Shown here in pieces: positions 1 to 8,558 of a stretch of 62,120 nucleotides of DNA (the stretch's first letter is position 1; every line of letters begins with the position of its first letter). The DNA is from an uncultured Clostridia bacterium (lineage in GTDB: Bacteria; Bacillota; Clostridia; Christensenellales; Borkfalkiaceae). The stretch is from the NCBI GenBank assembly GCA_947589555.1, contig CANQAZ010000001.1, positions 1 through 62,120 on the forward strand, in the 5' to 3' direction. A program made the translations under genes and the position numbers. The notes under the pieces were generated by a model. It was not told the origin of the DNA. It saw nothing but the letters and a program-made list of their open reading frames with translations, and ran no database searches.

Positions 1-1281
<1,281 letters not shown>

Positions 1282-1288
1282 TTAAATT

Positions 1289-1573
1289 TTATTCAACGAT
1301 CGCCAGAATATCGGACTGTTTGATGATGGTAAATTCTTTGCCGTCCACCTTGAAATCGGTGCCGGAGTACTTCGCGCAGAGCACCTTATCGCCGGGCTTT
1401 ACCTGCATAACGACCTCTTTTCCGTCAAAATTTCCGCCGGGGCCGACCGCGACCACAACGCAGGTCTGCGGTTTTTCCTGTGCGGAAGAGGGGAGAAAGA
1501 ACCCACCCGCCGTCTTTTCTTCCACGGTGAGCGCTTCCACGACCACCTTGTCGAACAATGGTTTGATATTCAT
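1289..1573 (-). CDS. groES: Co-chaperonin GroES (Cpn10)
   Basis: 94 aa, MNIKPLFDKVVVE...GGFFLP...KVLCAKYSGTDFKVDGKEFTIIKQSDILAIVE. GGAGG lies 5 nt upstream of the ATG, and the gene is directly upstream of groEL. Confidence 0.95.
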   Translation of the reverse strand: MNIKPLFDKVVVEALTVEEKTAGGFFLPSSAQEKPQTCVVVAVGPGGNFDGKEVVMQVKPGDKVLCAKYSGTDFKVDGKEFTIIKQSDILAIVE

Positions 1574-1623
1574 GATGTCCTCCTGAAAGCCGCGCTACAA
1601 TGGCGCGTTTTTTGTTCGTTTTA

Positions 1624-1651
1624 ATTATAAACACAAAACGGAAGAAGTCAA
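1624..1651 (-). promoter_or_regulatory. Putative sigma-A promoter of groES-groEL (TTGACT-N16-TATAAT)
   Basis: On the minus strand TTGACT is at 1651-1646 and TATAAT at 1629-1624, with a 16-nt spacer. No CIRCE inverted repeat is visible downstream. Confidence 0.5.
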
Positions 1652-1702
1652 ACAAAAGAGGAAACATTTTCCATTCTTTTTTTGCGGAAAAAAGCCGAAC
1701 GA

Positions 1703-1732
1703 TTGACAGGCGCGCTCTTTCTATGTTATAAT
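1703..1732 (+). promoter_or_regulatory. Putative promoter TTGACA-N18-TATAAT placed 6 nt before the dCMP deaminase ATG (leaderless-type)
   Basis: TTGACA is at 1703-1708, TATAAT at 1727-1732 and the ATG at 1739. There is no Shine-Dalgarno sequence between them. Confidence 0.55.
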
Positions 1733-1738
1733 GTGCGC

Positions 1739-2182
1739 ATGGATAAGTGGGATCAACGTTTTATGGAACTCACGGAACTCGTGGGCAGTTGGGCAAGTTG
1801 CTACCGCCGCAAGGTAGGGGCCGTCATTGTGAAAAACAAGCGCGTCATGACGACGGGCTACAACGGCGCGCCGGAGGGCATTCCGTCCTGCGTGGAACGC
1901 GGGGAGTGCCTCAGGGAAAAACTCAACATCGAGAGCGGTACGCGCGCGGAGTTGTGCTATGCGGCGCACGCCGAGCAAAACGCGCTCATACAGGCGGCGA
2001 AATACGGGGTGAATATCAACGGGGCGACCCTCTATTGCACCCACCAGCCCTGCGTCATCTGCGCGAAAATGATCATCAACGCGGGCATCGAGCGCGTCGT
2101 CTATAAAGAGGGCTATCCCGATGAATTTTCCATGCTACTCTTCAAAGAAGCGGGTACAAAAGTGGAAAAATTCGAAGAATAA
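1739..2182 (+). CDS. comEB: dCMP deaminase (ComEB family, zinc-dependent cytidine/deoxycytidylate deaminase)
   Basis: MDKWDQRFMELTELV...GYNGAP...HAEQNA...PCVICAKMIINAGI carries the HAE and PCxxC zinc motifs. The start was moved from the track position (1682) to the ATG at 1739 to fit the promoter geometry and the family N-terminus. Confidence 0.88.
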   Translation: MDKWDQRFMELTELVGSWASCYRRKVGAVIVKNKRVMTTGYNGAPEGIPSCVERGECLREKLNIESGTRAELCYAAHAEQNALIQAAKYGVNINGATLYCTHQPCVICAKMIINAGIERVVYKEGYPDEFSMLLFKEAGTKVEKFEE

Positions 2183-2193
2183 GGAGAAATTTT

Positions 2194-2712
2194 ATGCCGA
2201 ATCCGGTTGTTACGTTTGAAATGGAAAACGGGAAAGTTTTTAAGGCGGAACTCTATCCCCAAATCGCGCCCAATACCGTCAACAACTTTCTCTCCCTCGT
2301 AAAGAAGGGCTTTTACGACGGACTCATCTTTCACCGCGTCATTGCGGGATTTATGATACAGGGCGGCGACCCCAACGGCGTCGGAACGGGCGGCCCGGGG
2401 TACACCATCGCGGGCGAATTCCGTGCCAACGGCTTTGAAAACGGCCTGAAACATGCGCGCGGCGTCCTTTCGATGGCGCGTGCCCAACACCCGGATAGCG
2501 CGGGCTCCCAATTTTTCGTCATGCATGCCGACGGCTTCTTCCTCGACGGGCAGTATGCCGCTTTCGGCAAAGTTATTGAGGGAATGGACGTCGTCGACGG
2601 GATCGCCGCGGTGCGCACCGATTTTCGCGATAAGCCCCTTACCGCGCAGAAGATGAAAAAGGTGACTGCCGAAACGTTCGGCGTGGAATATCCCGCGCCC
2701 GTCACCCTTTGA
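2194..2712 (+). CDS. ppiB: Peptidyl-prolyl cis-trans isomerase, cyclophilin type
   Basis: 172 aa with the motifs FHRVIAGFMIQGGDP and SMARAQHPDSAGSQFF, the cyclophilin signature. AAGGAG RBS upstream. Confidence 0.92.
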   Translation: MPNPVVTFEMENGKVFKAELYPQIAPNTVNNFLSLVKKGFYDGLIFHRVIAGFMIQGGDPNGVGTGGPGYTIAGEFRANGFENGLKHARGVLSMARAQHPDSAGSQFFVMHADGFFLDGQYAAFGKVIEGMDVVDGIAAVRTDFRDKPLTAQKMKKVTAETFGVEYPAPVTL

Positions 2713-2734
2713 TTTTGCCCGTCCAGGAGAAGAT

Positions 2735-4171
2735 ATGTCCGACAAACGCTACTATGAAAACCCCTTGAATACCCGCTATGCGAGCGCCGAAATGCTTGAA
2801 AATTTCGGCGACGAAAAGAGGTTCCGCCTCTGGCGCAAGTTGTGGATCGCTCTCGCCGAGAGCGAAATGGAGTTGGGACTTCCCATTACGCGGGAGCAGG
2901 TCGCCGCGCTCAAAGCGCACGCGGAGGAGATCGACTACGCTAAGGCGGAGGAGTACGAGCGGCAGGTGCGGCACGACGTTATGGCGCACGTCAAGGCATA
3001 CGGAGACGCCTGTCCCGAGGCCGCGGGCATCATCCATCTCGGCGCGACGAGTTGCTTTGTCGATTGCAATTCGGAACTCATCATCATGGACGACGGGCTG
3101 AAAATCATTCTGAAAAAACTCGTCAACGTCATGGAGAAGTTGAAAAACTTTGCGCTCCGCTATAAGGATGTGCCGACGCTCGGCTTCACCCACCTCCAAC
3201 CCGCCCAACTCACCACGGTGGGCAAGCGTGCGACGCTGTGGTTGCAGGATCTCATGCTCGACTACGAAAACCTCACTTCTCTCGCGGAAAAAATGCGTTT
3301 GCGCGGCGTGAAGGGGACGACGGGCACACAAGCGAGTTTTTTGGATCTTTTCGAAGGCGACGGCGAAAAAGTGAAGGCGCTCGAACGCCTCGTCGTGCGG
3401 AAAATGGGCTACGACAAGGTCTACGCCGTCACCGGGCAGACCTATCCGAGAAAATTCGATTATAACGTTTTGAGCGTGCTTTCCGGCATCGCGCAGAGCG
3501 CCTATAAATTTTCCAACGATATCCGCCTCCTCCAAAGCATGAAGGAAGTGGAAGAGCCCTTTGAAAAATCGCAGATCGGCTCCTCGGCGATGGCCTATAA
3601 GCGCAACCCGATGCGCTCGGAGCGGATGGGGAGCCTGTGCCGCTATATGCTTTCCCTGCCCGCCAACAGCGCCGTGACGGCCTCGACGCAGTGGTTCGAA
3701 CGCACCCTCGACGATTCCGCCAACCGCCGCATCGTCAACGCGCAAGCCTTCCTCACGGTGGACGCCATTCTCAATCTCTATATGAACGTCGCCGAAAATC
3801 TCGTCGTCTACGAAAAGGTCATCGCAAAACACGTCGGCGAGGAACTTCCGTTCATGGCGACGGAGAACATCCTCATGGAGTGCGTCAAGGCGGGTGGCGA
3901 CCGCCAAAAACTCCACGAGCGTATCCGCGTGTTGTCGCAGGAGGCGGGGCGCCGCGTCAAGGAAGAGGGGAAAGAAAACGACCTTCTCGAACGCATCGCC
4001 GCCGACGATTCGTTTGCCGCCGTCCGCGGAAGGCTCGGCGAGATCGTCGACGCCGAAAAATTCGTCGGGCGTGCGCCCGCGCAAACGGAGGAATTCATTG
4101 CGCAGGAAATCGACCCCATTTTATCCCGCCACAAGGCTCTTTTGGGGAAGAAAGGGGACGTAAAAATTTGA
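2735..4171 (+). CDS. purB: Adenylosuccinate lyase
   Basis: 478 aa with RYASAEM, GATSCFV, the SSAMAYKRNPMRSE signature loop and typical PurB length. Confidence 0.95.
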   Translation: MSDKRYYENPLNTRYASAEMLENFGDEKRFRLWRKLWIALAESEMELGLPITREQVAALKAHAEEIDYAKAEEYERQVRHDVMAHVKAYGDACPEAAGIIHLGATSCFVDCNSELIIMDDGLKIILKKLVNVMEKLKNFALRYKDVPTLGFTHLQPAQLTTVGKRATLWLQDLMLDYENLTSLAEKMRLRGVKGTTGTQASFLDLFEGDGEKVKALERLVVRKMGYDKVYAVTGQTYPRKFDYNVLSVLSGIAQSAYKFSNDIRLLQSMKEVEEPFEKSQIGSSAMAYKRNPMRSERMGSLCRYMLSLPANSAVTASTQWFERTLDDSANRRIVNAQAFLTVDAILNLYMNVAENLVVYEKVIAKHVGEELPFMATENILMECVKAGGDRQKLHERIRVLSQEAGRRVKEEGKENDLLERIAADDSFAAVRGRLGEIVDAEKFVGRAPAQTEEFIAQEIDPILSRHKALLGKKGDVKI

Positions 4172-4180
4172 TTTTTCAAG

Positions 4181-4208
4181 TTTTGCATAGTATTATGCGT
4201 GACATAAT
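4181..4208 (+). repeat. Motif copy O1: TTTTGCATAGTATTATGCGTGACATAAT
   Basis: Starts 10 nt after the purB stop and lies upstream of the terminator at 4219. The 23-nt core is identical to O2. It contains the overlapping palindromes GCATA-GTAT-TATGC and ATTATG-N5-CATAAT. Confidence 0.9.
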
Positions 4209-4218
4209 GAGATAAATT

Positions 4219-4240
4219 GCGGCGATTTTGCCGCTTTTTT
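4219..4240 (+). terminator. Rho-independent terminator after purB
   Basis: GCGGC-GATTTT-GCCGC followed by TTTTTT. Confidence 0.75.
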
Positions 4241-4275
4241 CTCATATTGAAAGCCCCGTTGCGCAAACTTCGGAT

Positions 4276-4530
4276 ATGGAATACCGAAAAGTTTGCGTGG
4301 AAGTCGTGGCGCGGTTTTCGAGCGGGGGAGGGATGCGCCCGTTGGCGCTCAGGTGGATGGACGGCGCGACCTATTCCATCGACCGCGTGCGCTTTGCCGA
4401 GCGTGCGCCCGCGCGCGTCAGCGCCATTCTTCCCGTGCGCTACACTTGTCTTATCGGCGGAAAGGAAAAATATCTCTATTTCGAGCCCGAAAAAATGCAA
4501 TGGTTTGTGGAGGTCGCCTCTGGTGCCTGA
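4276..4530 (+). CDS. Hypothetical 84-aa protein translationally coupled to dinB
   Basis: ATG at 4276 (MEYRKVCVEVVARFSSGGGMRPLALRWMDGATYSIDRVRF...MQWFVEVASGA). Its TGA (4528-4530) overlaps the GTG start of dinB (4523). The track ORF 4228 uses a TTG inside the terminator, which is unlikely to be real. Confidence 0.55.
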   Translation: MEYRKVCVEVVARFSSGGGMRPLALRWMDGATYSIDRVRFAERAPARVSAILPVRYTCLIGGKEKYLYFEPEKMQWFVEVASGA

Positions 4531-5776
4531 TTTTTCGCGGTGCATCCTGCACAGCGATTTGAACAATTTTTACGCATCGGTCGAGATGCTCCGCCATCCC
4601 GAACTTCGCGAGGTCCCGCTTGCCGTCTGCGGAAGTTTCGAGGACAGGCACGGGGTCGTTTTGGCAAAAAATATGCTTGCAAAGTCCGCGGGGGTCAAGA
4701 CGGGAGAGCCCTTTTTTCAGGCGAAAAAGAAGTGCCCGCAACTCGTCAGCGTGCCCGCCGATTTTCCCGCTTATCTCAGCGTTTCGCAAGCGGTACGGGA
4801 GATCTATGCGCGCTTTACCGACCGCATCGAGCCCTTCGGCATCGATGAGTGCTGGCTCGACGTCACGGGGAGCCGCCTGCTCTTCGGAACGGGCAGGCAA
4901 ATCGCGGAACGGATCCGCCTCGCCGTCAAAAACGAAATCGGCGTTACGGTCAGCGTAGGGGTGAGTTTCAACAAAATTTTCGCAAAACTCGGCTCCGACA
5001 TGAAAAAACCGGACGCTGTCACCGAGATCACGCCCGAAAATTATAAGGAAACGGCGTGGAAGTTGCCCGCTTCCGACCTCCTGTATGTGGGCAATGCGAC
5101 GGCGCGCAAACTCTCCGTTTTGGGCATTGCCACCATTGGAGACCTCGCCCTCAAAGAGGAGGGCGTCCTGACCCGCGAACTCGGCAAGTGGGGAAAACTC
5201 CTGCACGATTATGCCGCGGGGGAGGACCGTTCTCCCGTTGCGCTTGCGGGCGCGGGGCGGGAGATCAAGAGTGTGGGCAACAGCCTCACGTGCTACCGCG
5301 ACCTCACGACGGAGGAGGACGTGCACCTTCTCTTTCTCCTCCTTGCCGACAGCGTCGCCGCGCGCCTTTCGGAGAAAAAACTGGGCAGGGCGGCCACGGT
5401 CAAAATTTCGGTCACGGACAGCGAACTCAACCACTTCGGAAAACAGGGCAAACCAGCCCGTCCCACCCGCAACGCGGCGGTCATTGCCTCCTGCGCGATG
5501 GCGCTCTTCCGCTCCGTGTACCCGTGGGAGCACCCCGTGCGCGCCGTGGGGATCGCCGTCTGCGATTTTGCGGAGGCGGAGCAGTTGACCCTCTTCGGCG
5601 ATGCGGAAGAGGAGGACAAAGAGGACCGCTTGGACGCCGCTGTGCAACGGATGCGCGAAAAGTACGGCAACCGCGTGCTTCAACGGGCCACCGTTCTGGA
5701 AGATAAGCGGCTGGCGGAAATGGATATCAAGGGCGCGCACGTCATTCACCCCGAGGGCCGCCGCGGCGATACGTAA
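4523..5776 (+). CDS. dinB: DNA polymerase IV (Y-family translesion polymerase)
   Basis: ILHSDLNNFYASVEMLRHPELREVPLAVCGS...IDECWLDVTG...SVGVSFNKIFAKLGSDMKKPD is the classic DinB/UmuC N-terminal catalytic core. The start is set at the GTG at 4523; the upstream part of track ORF 4217 is read-through. Confidence 0.9.
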   Translation: MPDFSRCILHSDLNNFYASVEMLRHPELREVPLAVCGSFEDRHGVVLAKNMLAKSAGVKTGEPFFQAKKKCPQLVSVPADFPAYLSVSQAVREIYARFTDRIEPFGIDECWLDVTGSRLLFGTGRQIAERIRLAVKNEIGVTVSVGVSFNKIFAKLGSDMKKPDAVTEITPENYKETAWKLPASDLLYVGNATARKLSVLGIATIGDLALKEEGVLTRELGKWGKLLHDYAAGEDRSPVALAGAGREIKSVGNSLTCYRDLTTEEDVHLLFLLLADSVAARLSEKKLGRAATVKISVTDSELNHFGKQGKPARPTRNAAVIASCAMALFRSVYPWEHPVRAVGIAVCDFAEAEQLTLFGDAEEEDKEDRLDAAVQRMREKYGNRVLQRATVLEDKRLAEMDIKGAHVIHPEGRRGDT

Positions 5777-5802
5777 AATTTGCATTTTGCGCGGAAAAAG
5801 TC

Positions 5803-5831
5803 TTGACAAAGGGCGCGGAATGGGATACAAT
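5803..5831 (+). promoter_or_regulatory. Promoter TTGACA-N17-TACAAT for tRNA-Trp
   Basis: TTGACA at 5803-5808 and TACAAT at 5826-5831. The tRNA starts 14 nt downstream. Confidence 0.65.
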
Positions 5832-5844
5832 AAGATATGCGAAT

Positions 5845-5919
5845 AGGGGAGTAGTTCAATGGTAGAGCAACGGTCTCCAAAACCGTCTGTTGCGTGTTCG
5901 AGTCGCGTCTCCCCTGCCA
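5845..5919 (+). tRNA. trnW: tRNA-Trp (anticodon CCA), CCA end encoded
   Basis: Hand-folded cloverleaf: acceptor AGGGGAG/CTCCCCT, anticodon stem ACGGT/ACCGT with loop CTCCAAA, T-loop TTCGAGT, 3' GCCA. Confidence 0.9.
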
Positions 5920-5922
5920 AAA

Positions 5923-5952
5923 AGCGCCGCAACGTCCGTTGCGGCGCTTTTT
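5923..5952 (+). terminator. Rho-independent terminator after tRNA-Trp
   Basis: AGCGCCGCAACG-TCC-GTTGCGGCGCT followed by a T-run. Confidence 0.85.
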
Positions 5953-6011
5953 GGCAGAAAGTGCGGGCCGTTTTCCCGCTGTTTTTGAGGTAAAATTCGA
6001 GGTAAAATAGG

Positions 6012-6833
6012 ATGAAAATGCCCAAAAATTCAAAAAAATATCGCCTCGGCGTAATCGGCGGGGGCGTCATGGCCCGCGCCATCGTGACGGGTGCGGCGGG
6101 GCGGGGGCTCCTTCCTCCCGCGGCCGTTTGTATCTGTGAGCCGGACGCCGCCAAGCGCGGTGCGTTTTCCGCGGAGGGCTTTTGCGTGACGACGGACGCC
6201 CGCTCGCTTGCAAGCGATTGCGAATTTCTTCTTTTTGCCGTCAAACCGCAGACCTTCCCGGAGGTCGCGGCGATCCTCCGCGGGGCGGCCCTGCCCGTCA
6301 TCGTCAGCATTATGGCGGGCAAGACGAAGGGATCCGTCCGCAGTGCGCTCGGCCTCGACGAAGGGGCCAAAGTGGCGCGCGTGATGCCCAATTTGCCCTG
6401 CTCGGCGGGGGAGGGCATGAGCGGCGTGGATGCGGACGGCCTATCCGAAGAGGAAAAAAACTTCGTTTTCGGCCTCTTTTCCGCGGTCGGCAGAGCGGAG
6501 GAGGTATCCGAACGCCTTCTCGACGCCGTCACGGGGCTCTCCGGGAGCGGGCCCGCCTATGTGTACCTCTTTTTGGATTCCCTCGTGAAGGCGGGCGTCG
6601 GGCAGGGGCTGACGGAGGAACAGGCGCGCATCTTTGCCCTGCAAACGGTGAAGGGCGGCGCGGCTTATGCCGAACAGTCGGGAAAGCCGTTCGGGGATCT
6701 CATTGCGGCGGTCTCCTCCAAAGGGGGCACGACGCTTGCCGCCCTTTCGAGCCTTGAAAAAGATGATTTTGCGGGAGCCGTTTCCCGTGCGGTGGAGGCC
6801 GCGGTCAAGCGCGCGAAGGAGATCGCGGAATGA
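6012..6833 (+). CDS. proC: Pyrroline-5-carboxylate reductase
   Basis: 273 aa with the GVIGGGVMA Rossmann motif and the C-terminal SSKGGTTLAAL signature. Confidence 0.9.
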   Translation: MKMPKNSKKYRLGVIGGGVMARAIVTGAAGRGLLPPAAVCICEPDAAKRGAFSAEGFCVTTDARSLASDCEFLLFAVKPQTFPEVAAILRGAALPVIVSIMAGKTKGSVRSALGLDEGAKVARVMPNLPCSAGEGMSGVDADGLSEEEKNFVFGLFSAVGRAEEVSERLLDAVTGLSGSGPAYVYLFLDSLVKAGVGQGLTEEQARIFALQTVKGGAAYAEQSGKPFGDLIAAVSSKGGTTLAALSSLEKDDFAGAVSRAVEAAVKRAKEIAE

Positions 6834-7306
6834 GCGGATTGAAGCACGTCACGCTGTACACCGACGGCGCGTGTTCGGGCAACCCGGGCGCGGGCGGTTG
6901 GGCGGGTATCCTCATTTACGGCGAGGTCACCCGCGAATTTTCGGGGGGAGAGCGGGAGACGACGAACAACCGCATGGAACTCACCGCCGTCATCGAGGGC
7001 CTTTCCCGCCTGAAATACGCCTGCGTGGTGGATATTTACAGCGATTCCGCCTATGTCGTCAACGCGTTTGCGGAGCATTGGATCGAGGGATGGAAGAAGA
7101 GCGGCTGGAAGAAGGCGGACGGAAAGCCCGTGCTCAACGCCGAACTTTGGAAGAAGTTGGACGTCCTCGTACATAAGCACAAAGTGACTTTTCATAAAGT
7201 GAAAGGGCATGCGGACAACGAATACAACAACCGTTGCGATAAACTCGCGCGCGAGGCGGCTAAACTGTTCGGCGGAGAGGACGCGGAAGGCGGAGAGGGC
7301 GGCTGA
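6830..7306 (+). CDS. rnhA: Ribonuclease HI
   Basis: TDGACSGNPGAGGWAGIL, TTNNRMELTAVIEGL, DSAYVVNA and KVKGHADNEYNNRCDKLA match the DEDD catalytic pattern. ATGA overlap with proC. Confidence 0.9.
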   Translation: MSGLKHVTLYTDGACSGNPGAGGWAGILIYGEVTREFSGGERETTNNRMELTAVIEGLSRLKYACVVDIYSDSAYVVNAFAEHWIEGWKKSGWKKADGKPVLNAELWKKLDVLVHKHKVTFHKVKGHADNEYNNRCDKLAREAAKLFGGEDAEGGEGG

Positions 7307-7374
7307 GCCTATCGGCTTATAAAAAAGGAAAAGAGAGAATATAATAAAATAGGAAAGAATGCGGCGGAGAGGGC

Positions 7375-8436
7375 ATGGAAGGGGAAAAGGAAGAACAAAT
7401 GAATAAACGTTCGGCCGCGGCGGTCGCCCTGCATATCGTGGGCGTAACGGCGGGCGCGGTGATCTTCGAGGTGTTCCTCTTTTTATGCTTGGCCTTTTTT
7501 ATGGGAAAGTGGAGCGGGGCGCTTTGGCTCTCCGTGCTCGTTCTCGCCTCCCTTCTCAATTGCGCGGTCCTCATCGTCGATTTCATTTTCTTCTATCTCG
7601 GAAAGGAAGTCGTCTATAAATTCTGCATTACGGCGTACATTCTCGCCCTCTTTTTTGCCGTTCTTTTGTATGTTTTGCTTCAAACGGGCTTCTTCGAGAT
7701 CATGCGCGACGAGGAGAGACTGGAAGAATTTTTACGGCGTTCGGGGTGGATGTACGTTCTCTTTGTGCTGTTGCAGTTTTTGCAGGTCGTCATTCTGCCC
7801 ATCCCCAGCACGGTGACGGTGGTGGCGGGCGCGGCGCTCTTCGGACCCCTCATCGGGAGTCTTTTGAGCCTCCTCGGCATCGTGCTCGGCTCCCTCGTCG
7901 CCTTTTCCGTCGGGCGGTTTGCGGGGCCGAGGGTCGTCGCCTGGCTCATCGGAAAGGACACGCTGGACAAATGGATGAAAAAAATCAAGGGCAAGGATAA
8001 ACTCCTCCTTTCGGCTATGTTTTTGTTGCCCGTATTTCCCGACGACGTTCTCTGCTTCGTGGCGGGGCTTTCCTCCATGTCGTTGTGGCTCTTTTTGTGC
8101 GTCATCCTCCTTTCGCGCGTGCTCGCCATCTTCACAACGAGTTATTCCATCTCCCTCATTCCGTTCAACACTTGGTGGGGGATCCTCACGTGGGTGGTTT
8201 TCGGCATTGCCGTCATCATTTTGTTCGTTTTCCTCTACAAAAAATCGGACGCCATTCTCGATTGGTTTGCGCGCACTTTCCGCCGGGAAACAAAGATAGA
8301 GGAGCGGAAAGAGCGGGACGAATTTACGGTGGAGATCGTAGGGCCGGACGGCGCCGTCGTATCGAAGGGCGTCAAAAAAGAGGGCGAAAAGGAAGCGCAC
8401 CCGCCCGAGAACGGGGAGGACGGAGCGCCGCAGTGA
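7375..8436 (+). CDS. TVP38/TMEM64 (DedA-related, SNARE-associated) family membrane protein with extra N-terminal TM region
   Basis: LQFLQVVILPIPSTVTVVAGAALFG...LLPVFPDDVLCFVAGLSSMS is typical of the family. Multiple hydrophobic segments and a charged C-terminal tail. Confidence 0.8.
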   Translation: MEGEKEEQMNKRSAAAVALHIVGVTAGAVIFEVFLFLCLAFFMGKWSGALWLSVLVLASLLNCAVLIVDFIFFYLGKEVVYKFCITAYILALFFAVLLYVLLQTGFFEIMRDEERLEEFLRRSGWMYVLFVLLQFLQVVILPIPSTVTVVAGAALFGPLIGSLLSLLGIVLGSLVAFSVGRFAGPRVVAWLIGKDTLDKWMKKIKGKDKLLLSAMFLLPVFPDDVLCFVAGLSSMSLWLFLCVILLSRVLAIFTTSYSISLIPFNTWWGILTWVVFGIAVIILFVFLYKKSDAILDWFARTFRRETKIEERKERDEFTVEIVGPDGAVVSKGVKKEGEKEAHPPENGEDGAPQ

Positions 8437-8452
8437 CGACTGCGGCTTTTTT
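8427..8452 (+). terminator. Rho-independent terminator overlapping the stop codon of the TVP38 gene
   Basis: GCCGCAGT-GACG-ACTGCGGC followed by TTTTTT. Confidence 0.7.
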
Positions 8453-8484
8453 CATCGGAAAGGGTAAAATTTTCCGTTCAGGCC

Positions 8485-8513
8485 TTGCTTTTTCGTGGGC
8501 CGTCGTGTATAAT
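8485..8513 (+). promoter_or_regulatory. Promoter TTGCTT-N17-TATAAT of the decarboxylase cluster
   Basis: TTGCTT at 8485-8490 and TATAAT at 8508-8513, 45 nt upstream of the ATG at 8559, with an AGAGG RBS. Confidence 0.55.
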
Positions 8514-8558
8514 GTTATTTGGTCGAAATTGGGATTTTCGGTTTCGCCAGAGGTTAAA

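Noticed and set aside
2702-4084. Long antisense ORFs opposite real genes. Examples are 2702-4084(-), 4451-6532(-), 17528-20131(-), 22371-25562(-), 29355-31988(-), 31762-33741(-), 37699-39195(+), 46332-48425(+), 58496-59833(+) and 59852-61699(+).
   Set aside because: They are shadow ORFs typical of GC-rich DNA. Their translations are Arg/Gly/Ala/His-rich low-complexity sequences with no recognisable motifs, and each overlaps a gene with strong family signatures on the other strand.
4169-4196. A possible sigma-A promoter TTGATT-N17-TATTAT overlapping motif O1.
   Set aside because: It is not reproducible at the other copies, since O2 has no acceptable -35 at the same distance. It would also fire directly into the terminator at 4219-4240.
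4185-4210. Interpretation of the motif as a sporulation sigma-factor promoter (sigma-E/K/F/G), because of its GCATA and CATAAT words.
   Set aside because: The spacing between the GCATAGT-like and CATAATGA-like boxes is 11 nt. Sigma-E requires 14 nt, and sigma-F/G/K require 15-18 nt. Four copies read into a terminator, and two are in the middle of genes.
4191-4214. The idea that the repeat motif encodes a mini-ORF or leader peptide (ATG CGT GAC ATA ATG AGA TAA = MRDIMR in O1).
   Set aside because: The reading frame, length and stop are not conserved among copies. O2 and O4 run on for 12 and 24 codons with unrelated sequence, and O5 has ACG instead of ATG.
4241-4275. LexA (Cheo) box upstream of the small-ORF/dinB pair, and upstream of recN.
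   Set aside because: No AAC-N4-GTT core is present in these regions. This is recorded as a negative observation, not as a feature.
8085-8558. N-terminal extensions of track ORFs (8085, 4217, 11775, 13396, 26686, 27846, 39961, 40767, 45131, 49419, 51938, 52812, 56531, 57118).
   Set aside because: The upstream parts are read-through across intergenic regions or the 3' ends of preceding genes. They have no family similarity, whereas internal ATG/GTG/TTG starts with an RBS or promoter fit the expected protein N-termini.
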